A stretch of 64,000 nt of DNA from Calditrichaceae bacterium. GTDB lineage: Bacteria; Calditrichota; Calditrichia; Calditrichales; JBFXGD01. How positions within the stretch are numbered: position 1 is the first letter of the stretch; every line of letters begins with the position of its first letter. The position numbers and the translations under genes were made by a program. Shown piece after piece: positions 1-10,319 of the stretch. The notes under the pieces were generated by a model that searched no databases, had not been told where the DNA came from, and saw only the letters and a list, made by a program, of their open reading frames with translations. Location of the stretch: contig JBFXLE010000022.1 of NCBI GenBank assembly GCA_050173015.1, forward strand, positions 1,102-65,101, in the 5' to 3' direction.

Positions 1-1
1 A

Positions 2-1654
2 TTCTCAAAAATTCTGTTCAAGACTGTTCATCAAAAATTCGGCGGAAATGTCAAATTTATGGTCTGTGGCGGGGCCGCCATAGATGACGAGGTAGCAAGG
101 GATTACAAAACCCTGGGATTCGAGATGCTGCCCGGATACGGAATGACCGAGGCCGCGCCAATGATATCTTTCACCCGTCCCGGTAATTGGAAAATCGGTT
201 CCGCCGGTGAGCGGATGATGACCAATGAAATCCGCATCACCGATGAAGGCGAGATTACCGCCAAAGGAAGAAATGTGATGCAGGGTTATTTTAACCGGAA
301 AGAGGAGACCGACGAAATTTTAAAGGACGGATGGCTATACACCGGGGATTTGGGAAGATTGGATGAAGACGGTCACCTGGTCATTACAGGGCGTAAAAAA
401 GAAATTATTATCCTTCCAAATGGCAAGAATGTAAATCCGGTGGAAGTTGAATTTAAAATCATTAATATGTCCGCATATATCAGCGAAATCGGTGTCTATC
501 TGAAAGGCGATACGCTTCAGGCGGCAATCTATCCCGACTTCGCCAGAGTTCAGGCCGACGGTTTATTAAATATTGAAGAGGTTTTCCGGCAGGAAGTTAT
601 CAATAAATACAATGCTCTGGTTTCTCCTTACAAGAGAATCACCAATTTCAGTATTCTAAAAGAGGAATTGCCAAAGACCCGGCTCGGAAAGATCAAACGA
701 TTTATGCTCCCGGCATTGTCGGAAGATACGCGCGGTGAAAAACAGCGCGGCGAAGAGCCGGACTTCGAAGAATACAAAATCATCAAACAATTTCTTCGCG
801 ATGAGGTAAGCCGTGAAGTTTACCACGACGATCACATCGAAATCGATCTTGGACTTGACTCCCTTGGAAAAGTAAGTTTACAGGTATTTCTGAATTCAAC
901 CTTTGGCGTTGATATCAGAGAAGAAGAATTAATGCAGTACCCGACCGTTGAGAAACTGGCGCTCGTCGTGCGTGACGAAAAAGTTAAGATCGATGTGGAA
1001 ACCGTAAACTGGGGCGACATTTTGCGGGAAAAACTGGATATTAATTTGCCAAAAAGCTGGTTCACGCATAACCTGTTCAAAAACACTTCACGGGTATTTC
1101 TGAATCTATATTTCCGATTAAAGGGTGAAGGTACCGAGAATTTGCCTGAGTCGCCTTTTATACTCGCTCCTAATCATCAGAGTTTTTTTGACGGCCTTTT
1201 TGTTGTTTCTTTTCTCAAAAACAAGCAAATGAAAAAGACTTATTTTTACGCGAAAGAAAAACACGTCAGCAAAAAATGGCTTAAATTTATTGCCGACCGG
1301 AACAATGTGATCATAATGGATATCAATAAAGACCTGAAACTCTCACTTCAGAAGATGGCCGCCGCCTTAAAGAAAGGGAAAAATATCATTATCTTCCCGG
1401 AAGGCACACGCTCAAAAGACGGTCATATTGGGTCCTTCAAAAAGACCTTTGCCATCCTGAGCCGTGAATTGAATGTACCGGTTGTGCCGGTCACCATCCG
1501 TGGCGCTTTTGAGGCACTGCCGTCAGGAAGCCATTTTCCTAAACCTTTTAAGAAAATATTCGTGAAATTCCACAATCCGGTCTATCCTGAAAACCATACA
1601 TACGAGTCACTAAAGGAAGCTGTTTTTCAGAAGATGTCAAAATATCTTGGGTAG
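2..1654 (+). CDS. Adenylate-forming acyl-CoA/acyl-ACP synthetase (C-terminal part) fused to a carrier (PP-binding) domain and a PlsC-type acyltransferase; 5' end outside the window
   Basis: The frame is open from base 2 (FSKILFKTVHQKFGGNVKFMVCGGAA), so the ATG at 59 is internal. GYGMTE, YTGDLG and GRKKEIIILPNGKNV are adenylate-forming enzyme motifs. DLGLDSLGK is a phosphopantetheine site. NHQSFFD (HX4D) and FPEGTRS are PlsC/LPLAT motifs. Confidence 0.85.
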   Translation, partial: FSKILFKTVHQKFGGNVKFMVCGGAAIDDEVARDYKTLGFEMLPGYGMTEAAPMISFTRPGNWKIGSAGERMMTNEIRITDEGEITAKGRNVMQGYFNRKEETDEILKDGWLYTGDLGRLDEDGHLVITGRKKEIIILPNGKNVNPVEVEFKIINMSAYISEIGVYLKGDTLQAAIYPDFARVQADGLLNIEEVFRQEVINKYNALVSPYKRITNFSILKEELPKTRLGKIKRFMLPALSEDTRGEKQRGEEPDFEEYKIIKQFLRDEVSREVYHDDHIEIDLGLDSLGKVSLQVFLNSTFGVDIREEELMQYPTVEKLALVVRDEKVKIDVETVNWGDILREKLDINLPKSWFTHNLFKNTSRVFLNLYFRLKGEGTENLPESPFILAPNHQSFFDGLFVVSFLKNKQMKKTYFYAKEKHVSKKWLKFIADRNNVIIMDINKDLKLSLQKMAAALKKGKNIIIFPEGTRSKDGHIGSFKKTFAILSRELNVPVVPVTIRGAFEALPSGSHFPKPFKKIFVKFHNPVYPENHTYESLKEAVFQKMSKYLG

Positions 1655-1699
1655 GCTAAAATTGAGGATATTAAAGAATTAAGGGGATTGAGTTTTCAC

Positions 1700-2137
1700 T
1701 CAGTCCCCTTTTCTGTTTTGACATATTAACTTAAACTTATCAGGAATATTGACGGGTTTCCTAAGCTGATAATCAAAGAAGACGATCCCTGTTTTAACCC
1801 GGGCTACTTCCCTGCCGTCGGATTTGTTTTTAACCATATAGAAAAAATCACAGCTCTTCCCGGTAAAATCTGTCAAAGCCATATCAATGATCAGAACATC
1901 ACCGTAAAATCCTTCAGACTTATAAACGATAGCGGCGTCACCCATGATGATCCCCGCTCCTTCAATATTGGCTTCAGTGTAACCGAAACGCTTAAGAAAA
2001 CGAACCCGCGCTTCATGAATGATCGACAATAAGGCGTCATTCGCCAGATGGTTTCCATAGTTCAGGTCGGTAATCCTGACCGAAATTTCCGTTTGAAATA
2101 TGAATTTTTCGGGTATTTCCAGTTTAATTCTTGCCAT
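1700..2137 (-). CDS. Hotdog-fold thioesterase (4HBT/YbgC-like)
   Basis: 145-aa protein of typical size. The pattern resembles 4HBT-type thioesterases ([31 protein letters not shown]). It overlaps the pyrD stop by 14 nt. Confidence 0.65.
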   Translation of the reverse strand: MARIKLEIPEKFIFQTEISVRITDLNYGNHLANDALLSIIHEARVRFLKRFGYTEANIEGAGIIMGDAAIVYKSEGFYGDVLIIDMALTDFTGKSCDFFYMVKNKSDGREVARVKTGIVFFDYQLRKPVNIPDKFKLICQNRKGD

Positions 2138-3155
2138 ATCCTAACAGTGCCTTATTGATTTTTTTTATCAGGGCCGGACCGCTGTAAATAAATCCCGTAT
2201 AAATTTGAATAAGCGAAGCCCCCGCCTCTATTTTTTCGATGGCGTCTTCCGGAGTGTGAATTCCTCCCACACCGATAATCGGAAAAGCGTGATTTGATTT
2301 TTCCGCCAGATATCTTATTACATCGGTTGAGCGTTTTGAAAGCGGCCGCCCGCTCAATCCGCCATCTCCAATTCTGACGATCTTTTCCGCGTCTGTTTTC
2401 AGTCCGTTTCTCTTTATCGTCGTATTAGTGGCGATAACGCCTTCGATTCCCGTCGTTTTCACAATTTCAATGATATCGTCCAGCTGCCGATCTGTTAAAT
2501 CCGGCGCTATTTTCAACAGAATCGGTTTCCGCGTTGATTTTGACGCGTTCAATTTTTTCAGACGGTTCAGCAAATCCGTTAGCGGTTCTTTTTCCTGTAA
2601 TTCTCTGAGATTGGGTGTGTTTGGCGAGCTGACATTTACAACAAAATAATCTACTGTGTCAAATAACTGATTGAAACATATTTCATAATCCTGCCAGGCC
2701 TGATCATTTGGAGTGATTTTATTTTTGCCTATATTTCCGCCAATTAATACGCTTCCTTTTCTTTTCTTCAGGCGGCGCGCGATTTCTTCCACTCCGTCAT
2801 TGTTAAAGCCCATACGGTTTATGATACCCTGATCATCGACAAGGCGAAACAATCGCGGTTTTGGATTTCCCGGTTGCCCTTTTGGCGTGACCGTACCGAT
2901 TTCAACAAATCCGAAACCTATCCCTTCAAGGGCGTCAACCGCTTCCGCGTTTTTATCAAATCCCGCCGCGAGGCCAACAGGATTTTTAAAAGTCAATCCA
3001 AAAAGTTCCCTGTTTAGTGAAGGATGCTCAAACCGATAGACCAACCCGAGAAAAACGGAGATCCATTTAATTTTCATCAGGCGCATGAGTAATGTATGCG
3101 CGGATTCAGGATCAAACAGAAAGAATATTTTTCGGACCAGGATTTTGTATAACAT
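2124..3155 (-). CDS. pyrD: Dihydroorotate dehydrogenase (quinone), class 2
   Basis: 343 aa. It has a membrane-associated N-terminal extension (FDPESAH), [28 protein letters not shown] and IGVGGI motifs typical of class 2 PyrD. Confidence 0.9.
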   Translation of the reverse strand: MLYKILVRKIFFLFDPESAHTLLMRLMKIKWISVFLGLVYRFEHPSLNRELFGLTFKNPVGLAAGFDKNAEAVDALEGIGFGFVEIGTVTPKGQPGNPKPRLFRLVDDQGIINRMGFNNDGVEEIARRLKKRKGSVLIGGNIGKNKITPNDQAWQDYEICFNQLFDTVDYFVVNVSSPNTPNLRELQEKEPLTDLLNRLKKLNASKSTRKPILLKIAPDLTDRQLDDIIEIVKTTGIEGVIATNTTIKRNGLKTDAEKIVRIGDGGLSGRPLSKRSTDVIRYLAEKSNHAFPIIGVGGIHTPEDAIEKIEAGASLIQIYTGFIYSGPALIKKINKALLGYGKN

Positions 3156-3231
3156 AAATTTCCCGATTTTTCAGACAGTATCCTTCAGGAATCCGGATAA
3201 ACGCCGGTGCCTTTATTGGAATGATACCGGA

Positions 3232-3741
3232 TTAAAGATTAAAGTAATATCTGATGCCAAGAGAGACATCCAGATCAAAATCCGTTTCGGGAAGAAGAAT
3301 CATCCCGGGAACGATTTCAGCGAAAATATCCACCGGCGTGTCTTTTATAAATGCCGCTAACCCTAACGGGATGCGCACCCCGAGAATTGTTTTCGCGTCA
3401 TAGTCATCAAATTCATCATCCCTGTAGTTAAGTTTGGCGCCTATCCCGAAATATACAGGCAACGAATTAGTCTTGTTTTTCAACGCCTGTGAGCGGTGAA
3501 TCAGATAATCGGCATGGACATTAAAAAATCCGTCTTTTCCAAAGCCCCAACCGATACCGCCGTCAATGGCGGTTGATGGTGATTTCCATGATTTAAAGCT
3601 GATACCGGTTGGTTCACCGACCATAATTCCCAGCCCGAAGTTATCACTTTTAGCCCTCCCGTCGCCGGGAGCAAGCAGAATCATTGCCGTCATGATTATG
3701 ATTAAATAATTGATCTGTTTTTTTATTCTGATACTATGCAT
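3232..3741 (-). CDS. Small predicted outer-membrane beta-barrel protein
   Basis: N-terminal signal-like segment (LIIIMTAMILLAPGDGRA). Alternating hydrophobic/Gly-rich strands and a C-terminal YYFNL ending in an aromatic-type residue, as in OMPs. Confidence 0.5.
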   Translation of the reverse strand: MHSIRIKKQINYLIIIMTAMILLAPGDGRAKSDNFGLGIMVGEPTGISFKSWKSPSTAIDGGIGWGFGKDGFFNVHADYLIHRSQALKNKTNSLPVYFGIGAKLNYRDDEFDDYDAKTILGVRIPLGLAAFIKDTPVDIFAEIVPGMILLPETDFDLDVSLGIRYYFNL

Positions 3742-3950
3742 ACGTCACTCACTGTTCTTAATTAATTTCCGGAAAACCGATGTGATTTATAATTTAAAAA
3801 GAATTACTATATTAGCCAAAAAAGAATAAACCGTGTACATTCCATTCGATTATTCCAATTTGTACATTCACTATTAAGGAAACATAAACCAATTGCCGCT
3901 CAAATAGTTTCATAAAATTCTATTTAATGATACAACCTGAATGCCGGCGG

Positions 3951-4826
3951 TTATTTTATAATTGTCAACTTTCCGCTTTTTGCGATCGGCAGATTCAGAT
4001 TCTTTAGTAATTCATAAGAAGTATTTAGGTGGAGATCACCGTTCAGCTCATAATTTAGGTCCTGTTTGCCGGTGACCAGTTGATAGACAGACTGCCCCAT
4101 TTGGAGAAAATCCAACTGAATCGGCAGACTGATCAGCGCCGGCTGATTTCTATTTATTTCCACTGTTTTACTTATCAGCCCTTTGGCCCATCCTTTCCCG
4201 TTAATAGTCAAATCATAGTTCAGCTGATTCACCACCAGATCAAATGTGTTTGGATTATCGATCTGAATATCCAGAGTCAAATCCGCTCCGGTAAATCCTA
4301 ATTTGTTTAACTGAATCTTATCGACTTTTATCTTTGGAATCTGCACCACCGGCAGTGTACCCGATTTACTCACCGGAAATCTTTTTCGTCCAACAACCGG
4401 CAGCTCCACAAAAATACCCGTCAGAATCTGATAATCCATGCTATCCTGCCCTGCGAGACTATTAAAAGTACGATAAAGTTCACTGAACTGAAGAGTCAGG
4501 GGAATTTGAATATTACTGATCTCATTTCCCGGGATGGCAAGATCACTGTTCTGCTCACCCCGCAGAAATGTATTATCATTGATTTTAAAATCATAATCAA
4601 ATCCGCTCAGTTTAGCCGAAAATGAATTTGGATTACGAATACTGACATCAAACAATAACTGAACATCATTGAATGTAAAATCAGATATATGAACATTTTC
4701 AATCGTTATTTTGGGATTTTTTACTTCTGCAATATCTTTAAGCAGACTACAGGAATTGATGAATAACACCGCGACTGCCATCAAAACAATCAGAGTAGAA
4801 CAAGCCCGTTTTCCAATTAATTTCAT
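3951..4826 (-). CDS. LEA14/LEA_2 (NDR1/HIN1-like) repeat lipoprotein
   Basis: Signal peptide with Cys (LFINSC). Two copies of the LEA_2-type pattern: ITIENVHISDFTFNDVQLLFDVSIRNPNSFSAKLSGFDYDFKIN and VDKIQLNKLGFTGADLTLDIQIDNPNTFDLVVNQLNYDLTING. Confidence 0.6.
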   Translation of the reverse strand: MKLIGKRACSTLIVLMAVAVLFINSCSLLKDIAEVKNPKITIENVHISDFTFNDVQLLFDVSIRNPNSFSAKLSGFDYDFKINDNTFLRGEQNSDLAIPGNEISNIQIPLTLQFSELYRTFNSLAGQDSMDYQILTGIFVELPVVGRKRFPVSKSGTLPVVQIPKIKVDKIQLNKLGFTGADLTLDIQIDNPNTFDLVVNQLNYDLTINGKGWAKGLISKTVEINRNQPALISLPIQLDFLQMGQSVYQLVTGKQDLNYELNGDLHLNTSYELLKNLNLPIAKSGKLTIIK

Positions 4827-4861
4827 CTCCGGCCTTTCAGAATAAGCGAAAAAACAACTCT

Positions 4862-5443
4862 TTAGTGCAACAGTTCAGATAAACCGTCTTCATGATCAAT
4901 ATTCATGATGATACCCTCATCCTGAACGGGTATGGTTTTAATCTCATCTACAAGGCGTTCGATGATTTCATCTGACTCCATATCATCCGCCGCGTTTCTA
5001 AGCAGATTAAAAAAATTTTTACCAAAATATATGGGATGTCCTTTTCTGCCGTAGAACTCAGGTATTATGATCTGTCCGGGTCCGTTTTGCGCGGCTTTGT
5101 GAATGGCCTGATACGTTTCAAGTTTTACCAGCGGATGCTCAACCATAGCCAGGATTACACCGTCAGTCTCCGCGGGTAAATGTTCGAGAGCCAACTTGAT
5201 CGATGACAGCGGTCCGCCTTCGGGATCGGGATTATTAAAGCACTGAAAAGTATTCACTCTTGTTTCATTGCAAATGAGCTCAGCTGATTCACCCAGGATG
5301 GTGATCACCGGAGAACAGTGGATCTCCGATAAATTATTCAGAATATTATCAACAAATGAAAGCCCCTGATACGGCAGCAGCGCGAGAGGAGAAGGTTGAA
5401 CATATGATTCACCCGCTGCCAGTAATATACCGGCGATCTGCAT
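4862..5443 (-). CDS. MobA-like nucleotidyltransferase family protein
   Basis: N-terminal GILLAAGES...LLPYQG resembles the NTP_transf_3 (MobA/MocA) glycine-rich loop. Size 193 aa. The canonical SxRMG is not conserved. Confidence 0.5.
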   Translation of the reverse strand: MQIAGILLAAGESYVQPSPLALLPYQGLSFVDNILNNLSEIHCSPVITILGESAELICNETRVNTFQCFNNPDPEGGPLSSIKLALEHLPAETDGVILAMVEHPLVKLETYQAIHKAAQNGPGQIIIPEFYGRKGHPIYFGKNFFNLLRNAADDMESDEIIERLVDEIKTIPVQDEGIIMNIDHEDGLSELLH

Positions 5444-5595
5444 TTTTTTCTCTTTCTATGCTGAAAGGTAATGTATTGTTTTTTCAAAATAATCGCAATT
5501 TACAATAATTACAATCATTTAAGAATTTAATGGATTTTTTGGGATATAGTTTCAGATAGGACGAAATAAATTTTAAGTCAACCCAAACCCGGGTG

Positions 5596-6009
5596 TTAAA
5601 ATTGATAAAGCATGAGATAAATGATCACCCCGCTGAGCGACACAAACATCCACACCGGCCACACCCAGTGAACGAGAGCCTTATGCTTATCAAGACGCTT
5701 GCTTAGGGCATACCAGACCGCGAGAATGATGAAGGGGGTCTGCGCCGCGGCGAGTATAATATGCGGTATTAAAATGATGAAATAAATCGGCCGGGTCCAG
5801 TCATGATAAGGGTACGGCACCGATCCGACTTCAGCGTGATAAATCAGATAGGAGATTAAAAAAAACAGTGAAGCCGTCAGGGCCATGATCATCATTTTTT
5901 TATGCCGTTCTCTTCTGCCCCTCTTAATATTGATATATCCTAAAATCAAAAACAGGGCGCTGATACTGTTGAGCACGGCATTAAGAGTCGGTAAATCCTG
6001 TACGTTCAT
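5596..6009 (-). CDS. DUF420 membrane protein (associated with heme-copper oxidase loci)
   Basis: 137 aa with four hydrophobic helices. N-terminal LPTLNAVLNSISALFLILGYINIKRGRRERHKKMM resembles DUF420. Its start overlaps the SCO stop by 4 nt. Confidence 0.65.
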   Translation of the reverse strand: MNVQDLPTLNAVLNSISALFLILGYINIKRGRRERHKKMMIMALTASLFFLISYLIYHAEVGSVPYPYHDWTRPIYFIILIPHIILAAAQTPFIILAVWYALSKRLDKHKALVHWVWPVWMFVSLSGVIIYLMLYQF

Positions 6010-6596
6010 CGCGTTCCCAGTACTAATTCACGGATATGGGTTTTCATAATATTCAGGCTGATATCATCATCAGAACTGTAATATCCCCGAATCACGCCAT
6101 CCTCATCAACCAGAATAAACTTTGTGCTGTGTTCAACGGGAAGCAATCCGCCCAGCTTAAATCCGGATTCATATAGACTGATAACCGAGTCAATCGGTGC
6201 TCTCAGAAACACCCATCTGTCATCGCTGACGCCATAACTTAGCGCGTATTCTCTAAGCGCGTCAAGGGAATCACGCGCGGGATCAACGGATATGGATACG
6301 AACTTCACCTGTTTAGATCCGGCATAGGTTTCATATAAGTCTGCCATTTTTGACGACATCATGGGACAGGGACCGGGACAATTTGTAAAGATAAAATCGA
6401 CAATGCTCACTTTTCCTTTCATATCCGTCAGCCCGAACGGCTCTCCATTCCGTTCCGTAAAAGTAAAATCCGGCAATTGATACAGTTTCGGCAGGTTTCC
6501 GCGCGACTGATCGGCTTTACTGATCACAAAAAAAGCCGCCACCAGGAGTATCAGAGCGATAGAAGATCCGATGATAACCATTTTTAGATATTTCAT
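6006..6596 (-). CDS. SCO1/SenC copper chaperone (thioredoxin fold)
   Basis: N-terminal TM anchor, a CPGPCP (CxxxC) copper-binding motif, and a His-containing EHSTKFILVD segment. It overlaps the ctaA stop by 4 nt. Confidence 0.85.
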   Translation of the reverse strand: MKYLKMVIIGSSIALILLVAAFFVISKADQSRGNLPKLYQLPDFTFTERNGEPFGLTDMKGKVSIVDFIFTNCPGPCPMMSSKMADLYETYAGSKQVKFVSISVDPARDSLDALREYALSYGVSDDRWVFLRAPIDSVISLYESGFKLGGLLPVEHSTKFILVDEDGVIRGYYSSDDDISLNIMKTHIRELVLGTR

Positions 6597-7522
6597 TTAC
6601 GGTTCTCCGCGTAATTAAACATTGTGTATAGAATTAACTCTCCGCCGATCATCAGACTGGCAATCCAGAGATGCGTCACCTGCAGCACCGGTTCGATTCC
6701 CGCCGCCTTAAATCCTAATCCGATGACCATCTGGAATCCGACCAGGACGATCAACGTCACGGAAATTAATTTAACCGGACCGTGGAAAACCTGTTTGTCG
6801 TTGTACAAACGTGTCACCAGCATGATGGTGAGTCCTGTTATCAGAATCCCAAAAACGGTATGCACATTAACAACGGGTCCAATCATATCCATCCATTCGC
6901 TCGTCGGAAGTAACGGATAATTCTCGCTGATCATTCGAAGCACTGACCGTATTTGCGTTCCCAATACAATCTGTGAGAGCGTGACCAACCATAAAATTCC
7001 TGCCCACATTTTATATTTTTTAAATTCACCCTGAACAAGCATGGAGTTTTTTTCAATGGAATATGACTGCTGAGTCACAAAGATCAACAGACTGACAATC
7101 AATAGAGCAAGGATAAGGTGAATCGTGATAATAAATGGTTCGAGAGCGGAAGAAACAACCCGGCTGCCCTGCCATCCCTGAAACGCCACAAGCAGCGCGG
7201 CCAGTATTGACGGATATAGAATTTTAGGATATTTCCGCATTTTAATAATAGCCATCAAGCCGGTGGCGGCAATAAGTAATCCCACTATCATACCTGTTAA
7301 ACGGTTGATATACTCTATCCAGGCCAGAGTAAAATTGAAGAGGCTCGGATCCATCCCCGCCGGCAGCTGACCGATATCGGTGGGAGGAATCCATCTTCCG
7401 AAGCATTTCGGCCAGTCGGGACATCCCAGTCCCGCGCCGGATACCCGGACCAGTCCGCCTACAAAAATCAGCACATATGTGGCAATGGTGGATATTAACG
7501 CCAGTTTTCTAAAAGTTTTCAA
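6593..7522 (-). CDS. ctaA: Heme A synthase (COX15/CtaA)
   Basis: GAGLGCPDWPKCFG motif near the N-terminus and a multi-helix membrane protein with conserved His (HLILALL, HTVFGI, HLWIASL). Confidence 0.85.
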   Translation of the reverse strand: MKTFRKLALISTIATYVLIFVGGLVRVSGAGLGCPDWPKCFGRWIPPTDIGQLPAGMDPSLFNFTLAWIEYINRLTGMIVGLLIAATGLMAIIKMRKYPKILYPSILAALLVAFQGWQGSRVVSSALEPFIITIHLILALLIVSLLIFVTQQSYSIEKNSMLVQGEFKKYKMWAGILWLVTLSQIVLGTQIRSVLRMISENYPLLPTSEWMDMIGPVVNVHTVFGILITGLTIMLVTRLYNDKQVFHGPVKLISVTLIVLVGFQMVIGLGFKAAGIEPVLQVTHLWIASLMIGGELILYTMFNYAENRK

Positions 7523-7552
7523 TACAACCTCTAATTTTTATTCATATGATCA

Positions 7553-8008
7553 TTACAGCACCATTACGGGCTTCTCTAAAAAATATTCTTCCCCTTCATA
7601 GCTCCAGTCCAGCTTAACCTTCCAAACCCCTTTTGCCAGTGTTCCGGACGGGAATAACTGCTTCCGTTCCCGGTTCAATGACAGTTTTATTTTAAGATCT
7701 CGCCCCGCGTCGGATGGTCTGAAGAGATGAATTGTGCCCTCCACGGATCCCGGATGAAAAAACTCAGGAAATACAATGCCGATTACTTTCTTATTTTTAT
7801 CCATATTGATTTTGATCGCCGAGGCGAATGGCCTTGTTCTGTTCATCCGGTCAATTTGCCGCTGATAATCGATCTCGCGCGCGTAATAATCCTTGCTGAC
7901 GAGGTCGACCTTCTGAGAAGTACTGAAGATCAAATATCCGAGAAAAAATAAAACAAAACCGGAAAACACAATGATAATTCCCGCCGGCCAGATAAATTTA
8001 TTACTCAT
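7553..8008 (-). CDS. FixH/CcoH family protein
   Basis: 151 aa with a single N-terminal TM followed by VSKDYYAREIDYQ, typical of FixH. It lies immediately after ccoG and overlaps it by 8 nt. Confidence 0.7.
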   Translation of the reverse strand: MSNKFIWPAGIIIVFSGFVLFFLGYLIFSTSQKVDLVSKDYYAREIDYQRQIDRMNRTRPFASAIKINMDKNKKVIGIVFPEFFHPGSVEGTIHLFRPSDAGRDLKIKLSLNRERKQLFPSGTLAKGVWKVKLDWSYEGEEYFLEKPVMVL

Positions 8009-9419
8009 GACTGTTTCTCCATTTTTCCGGACCGGTAAATGAAGTTCTTAAGGACTGTACCAGAGTCTTCCCCGCATATATATCAATAGCCACAGGCATA
8101 TTCGCCAAAACCACCTTTTCTCCCGGAATATCGATAAAAAATGATGTCTCAAGATAATCATTCCCGGGAACCGTTAATTCGCCACCAACCATCCTGATGT
8201 TTGCAAACGGATTCGCGCTTTTTAGTCGGATGTCAACCGGTTCAAATGATTTATTTATGACTTTGATGTTATAAAGATTACTGATCTTTCCGCCTTCCAG
8301 TTCCTGATAGAGGACGCCCGGTGTCCTAAGGATGGTTGTTTCAATATCCGTCCGGTTAATCATCGCCACTGCAAGAGCGACGACTAATACAAGCAACACA
8401 CTTGAATAACCAAGTATTCGCGGTGAAAATTTCAATTTCGTCCCATCAAGGATCCCCTGATATGAATCATAGCGGATAAGCCCCTTCGGCAGATTGACTT
8501 TTTGCATCACCGAATTACAGGCATCGATACACGCGGTACAGTTGACGCATTCGAGCTGTGTTCCATTACGGATATCAATTCCCGTCGGACAAACCTCCAC
8601 GCATTGCGCGCAGTCGATGCAGTCACCGCTGTTTGAACGGTCTTTATTTCTTGAAAAATGCTCCCGTGGTTCCCCCCGTTTAAAATCATACGCGACCACA
8701 ATTGAATTTTTATCAAGCAGAACCCCCTGAAGCCTGCCATACGGACAAACCATGGTACAGACCTGCTCCCTGAAACTCGCGTATACCCAATAAAATATCC
8801 CGCTGAATATTAGCATGGCGGACAATCCCGCGATATGTTCAGAGGGCGGATCTGTTATGATCTTTATAAGAGCGTCCGCGCCGATTATATACGCGAGAAA
8901 CGTATTGCCGATTAGAAATGACAGGGCGAAAAAAATACTGTGCTTTAGCGATTTCTTAAAAAATTTCTTTGTGTTCATCGGTGCCGCGTTCAGTTCCCGC
9001 TGACCTCTGGCATCACCTTCTATCCAGTATTCAATTTTTCTGAATACCATTTCCATAAAAATGGTCTGCGGGCAGGCCCATCCGCACCAGATTCTGCCAA
9101 AAACAACGGTAAACAGAATAATAAATACCACCAGGGCAATGGTTGCCAGAACAAACAAATAGAAATCCTGCGGCCAGAATGTAAACCCTAAAATAAAAAA
9201 TTTTCTTTCAATAATATTTAACAGCAGCGCGGGCTGTCCGTTGATTTTAATAAATGGCCCGGCGAACAGAATGGACAAAAGAATAAAAGAAACTAAATTT
9301 CTGGCATGATACAATTGGCCTTTAGGCTTCTTTGGATAAAGCCATATCCGTTTCCCTTCTTTGTCCACGGTTGATACCGAGTCCCTGTAACTGTCAGTCA
9401 TTTGATGCTCATCGGTCAT
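8001..9419 (-). CDS. ccoG: cbb3 oxidase accessory protein CcoG/FixG (membrane 4Fe-4S ferredoxin)
   Basis: CGWACPQT motif, two ferredoxin-type clusters (CPYGRLQG; CIDCAQCVEVCPTGIDIR; CVNCTACIDAC), and a C-terminal Ig-like FixG_C region. Confidence 0.9.
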   Translation of the reverse strand: MTDEHQMTDSYRDSVSTVDKEGKRIWLYPKKPKGQLYHARNLVSFILLSILFAGPFIKINGQPALLLNIIERKFFILGFTFWPQDFYLFVLATIALVVFIILFTVVFGRIWCGWACPQTIFMEMVFRKIEYWIEGDARGQRELNAAPMNTKKFFKKSLKHSIFFALSFLIGNTFLAYIIGADALIKIITDPPSEHIAGLSAMLIFSGIFYWVYASFREQVCTMVCPYGRLQGVLLDKNSIVVAYDFKRGEPREHFSRNKDRSNSGDCIDCAQCVEVCPTGIDIRNGTQLECVNCTACIDACNSVMQKVNLPKGLIRYDSYQGILDGTKLKFSPRILGYSSVLLVLVVALAVAMINRTDIETTILRTPGVLYQELEGGKISNLYNIKVINKSFEPVDIRLKSANPFANIRMVGGELTVPGNDYLETSFFIDIPGEKVVLANMPVAIDIYAGKTLVQSLRTSFTGPEKWRNSHE

Positions 9420-9434
9420 CGAACCGGCCTTTTT

Positions 9435-10319
9435 TTATTCAAATTCAACTTTTTCTCCCTGGGGCGCTTTGGCGTTAGGCGGATTTGTCCCATGAAGTGT
9501 CAGGATATAGCTTGCTACCTGCATGATCTGATCCTGATTAAGAGTTCTTTCCCAGGAGATCATCCCCTTGGAGGGTACACCGACATTAATAATTTTCAAA
9601 ACATTATTCATTCCCGCGCCATGGATCCAGTAATCATCAGTGAGATTGGGACCGATCCCGCCCTGCCCTTTATTTCCGTGACAGCTCGCGCAATTCGCTG
9701 AGTACACGCCTTCACCGGATGCCAGACTGTTTGCATCGGTCAGCGCCGCAATTTCCGTTTCGGCCGGCGCGGCCACCTCCTCTGCAGCCAAAACAGGATT
9801 TTTAGCATCCAAAGAAGCATAAATATCGGGAAATGCCTCCTTCAATTTCTCAAGCGCGGAGGGATCGGCTTTTACCATTGCGGCTTTGATCAGTTCATCA
9901 AAAGACATGGCTCCCGCGTCAATTTTACCGGTTTCCCCCGATTCCATAGCAGCCAGTTTTTCAGCTTTCAGCTCATCATTTATTCTCTTCTCTTCGGCCA
10001 GTATCATTTCGAGCCGCGTTCGCGGAGTAAGATCACCTTCAGGATTATAGTAGGGCGAATGATACGATTTTAAGAGCGTAAAGCCTCTTTGCTCGGTTGA
10101 TTCCGCTACCCAGTCGGGATTAAGTTCCTTTTGATATTCGGCATAAGAGGAGTCACCAAATCCAAAAACATGGAAATACAAAAAATATCCCACTGCCCAA
10201 ATGACGGTCAGATAGAACATATACAGCCACCATGGCGGTAGATCGTTATCTAATTCTTTTATCCCGTCATAATCATGATCAAGCAGAACATCCTTCTCTT
10301 TTTTTTCTCTCTTAGCCAT
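9435..10319 (-). CDS. ccoP: cbb3-type cytochrome c oxidase subunit III (CcoP), single heme-c motif
   Basis: FixP_N-type start (DHDYDGIKELDNDLPPWW), a TM helix, and one CXXCH (CASCHG) followed by GGIGPNLTDDYW. The probable start is MAKREKK at 10319. The ORF track extends it to 10361. Confidence 0.8.
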   Translation of the reverse strand: MAKREKKEKDVLLDHDYDGIKELDNDLPPWWLYMFYLTVIWAVGYFLYFHVFGFGDSSYAEYQKELNPDWVAESTEQRGFTLLKSYHSPYYNPEGDLTPRTRLEMILAEEKRINDELKAEKLAAMESGETGKIDAGAMSFDELIKAAMVKADPSALEKLKEAFPDIYASLDAKNPVLAAEEVAAPAETEIAALTDANSLASGEGVYSANCASCHGNKGQGGIGPNLTDDYWIHGAGMNNVLKIINVGVPSKGMISWERTLNQDQIMQVASYILTLHGTNPPNAKAPQGEKVEFE

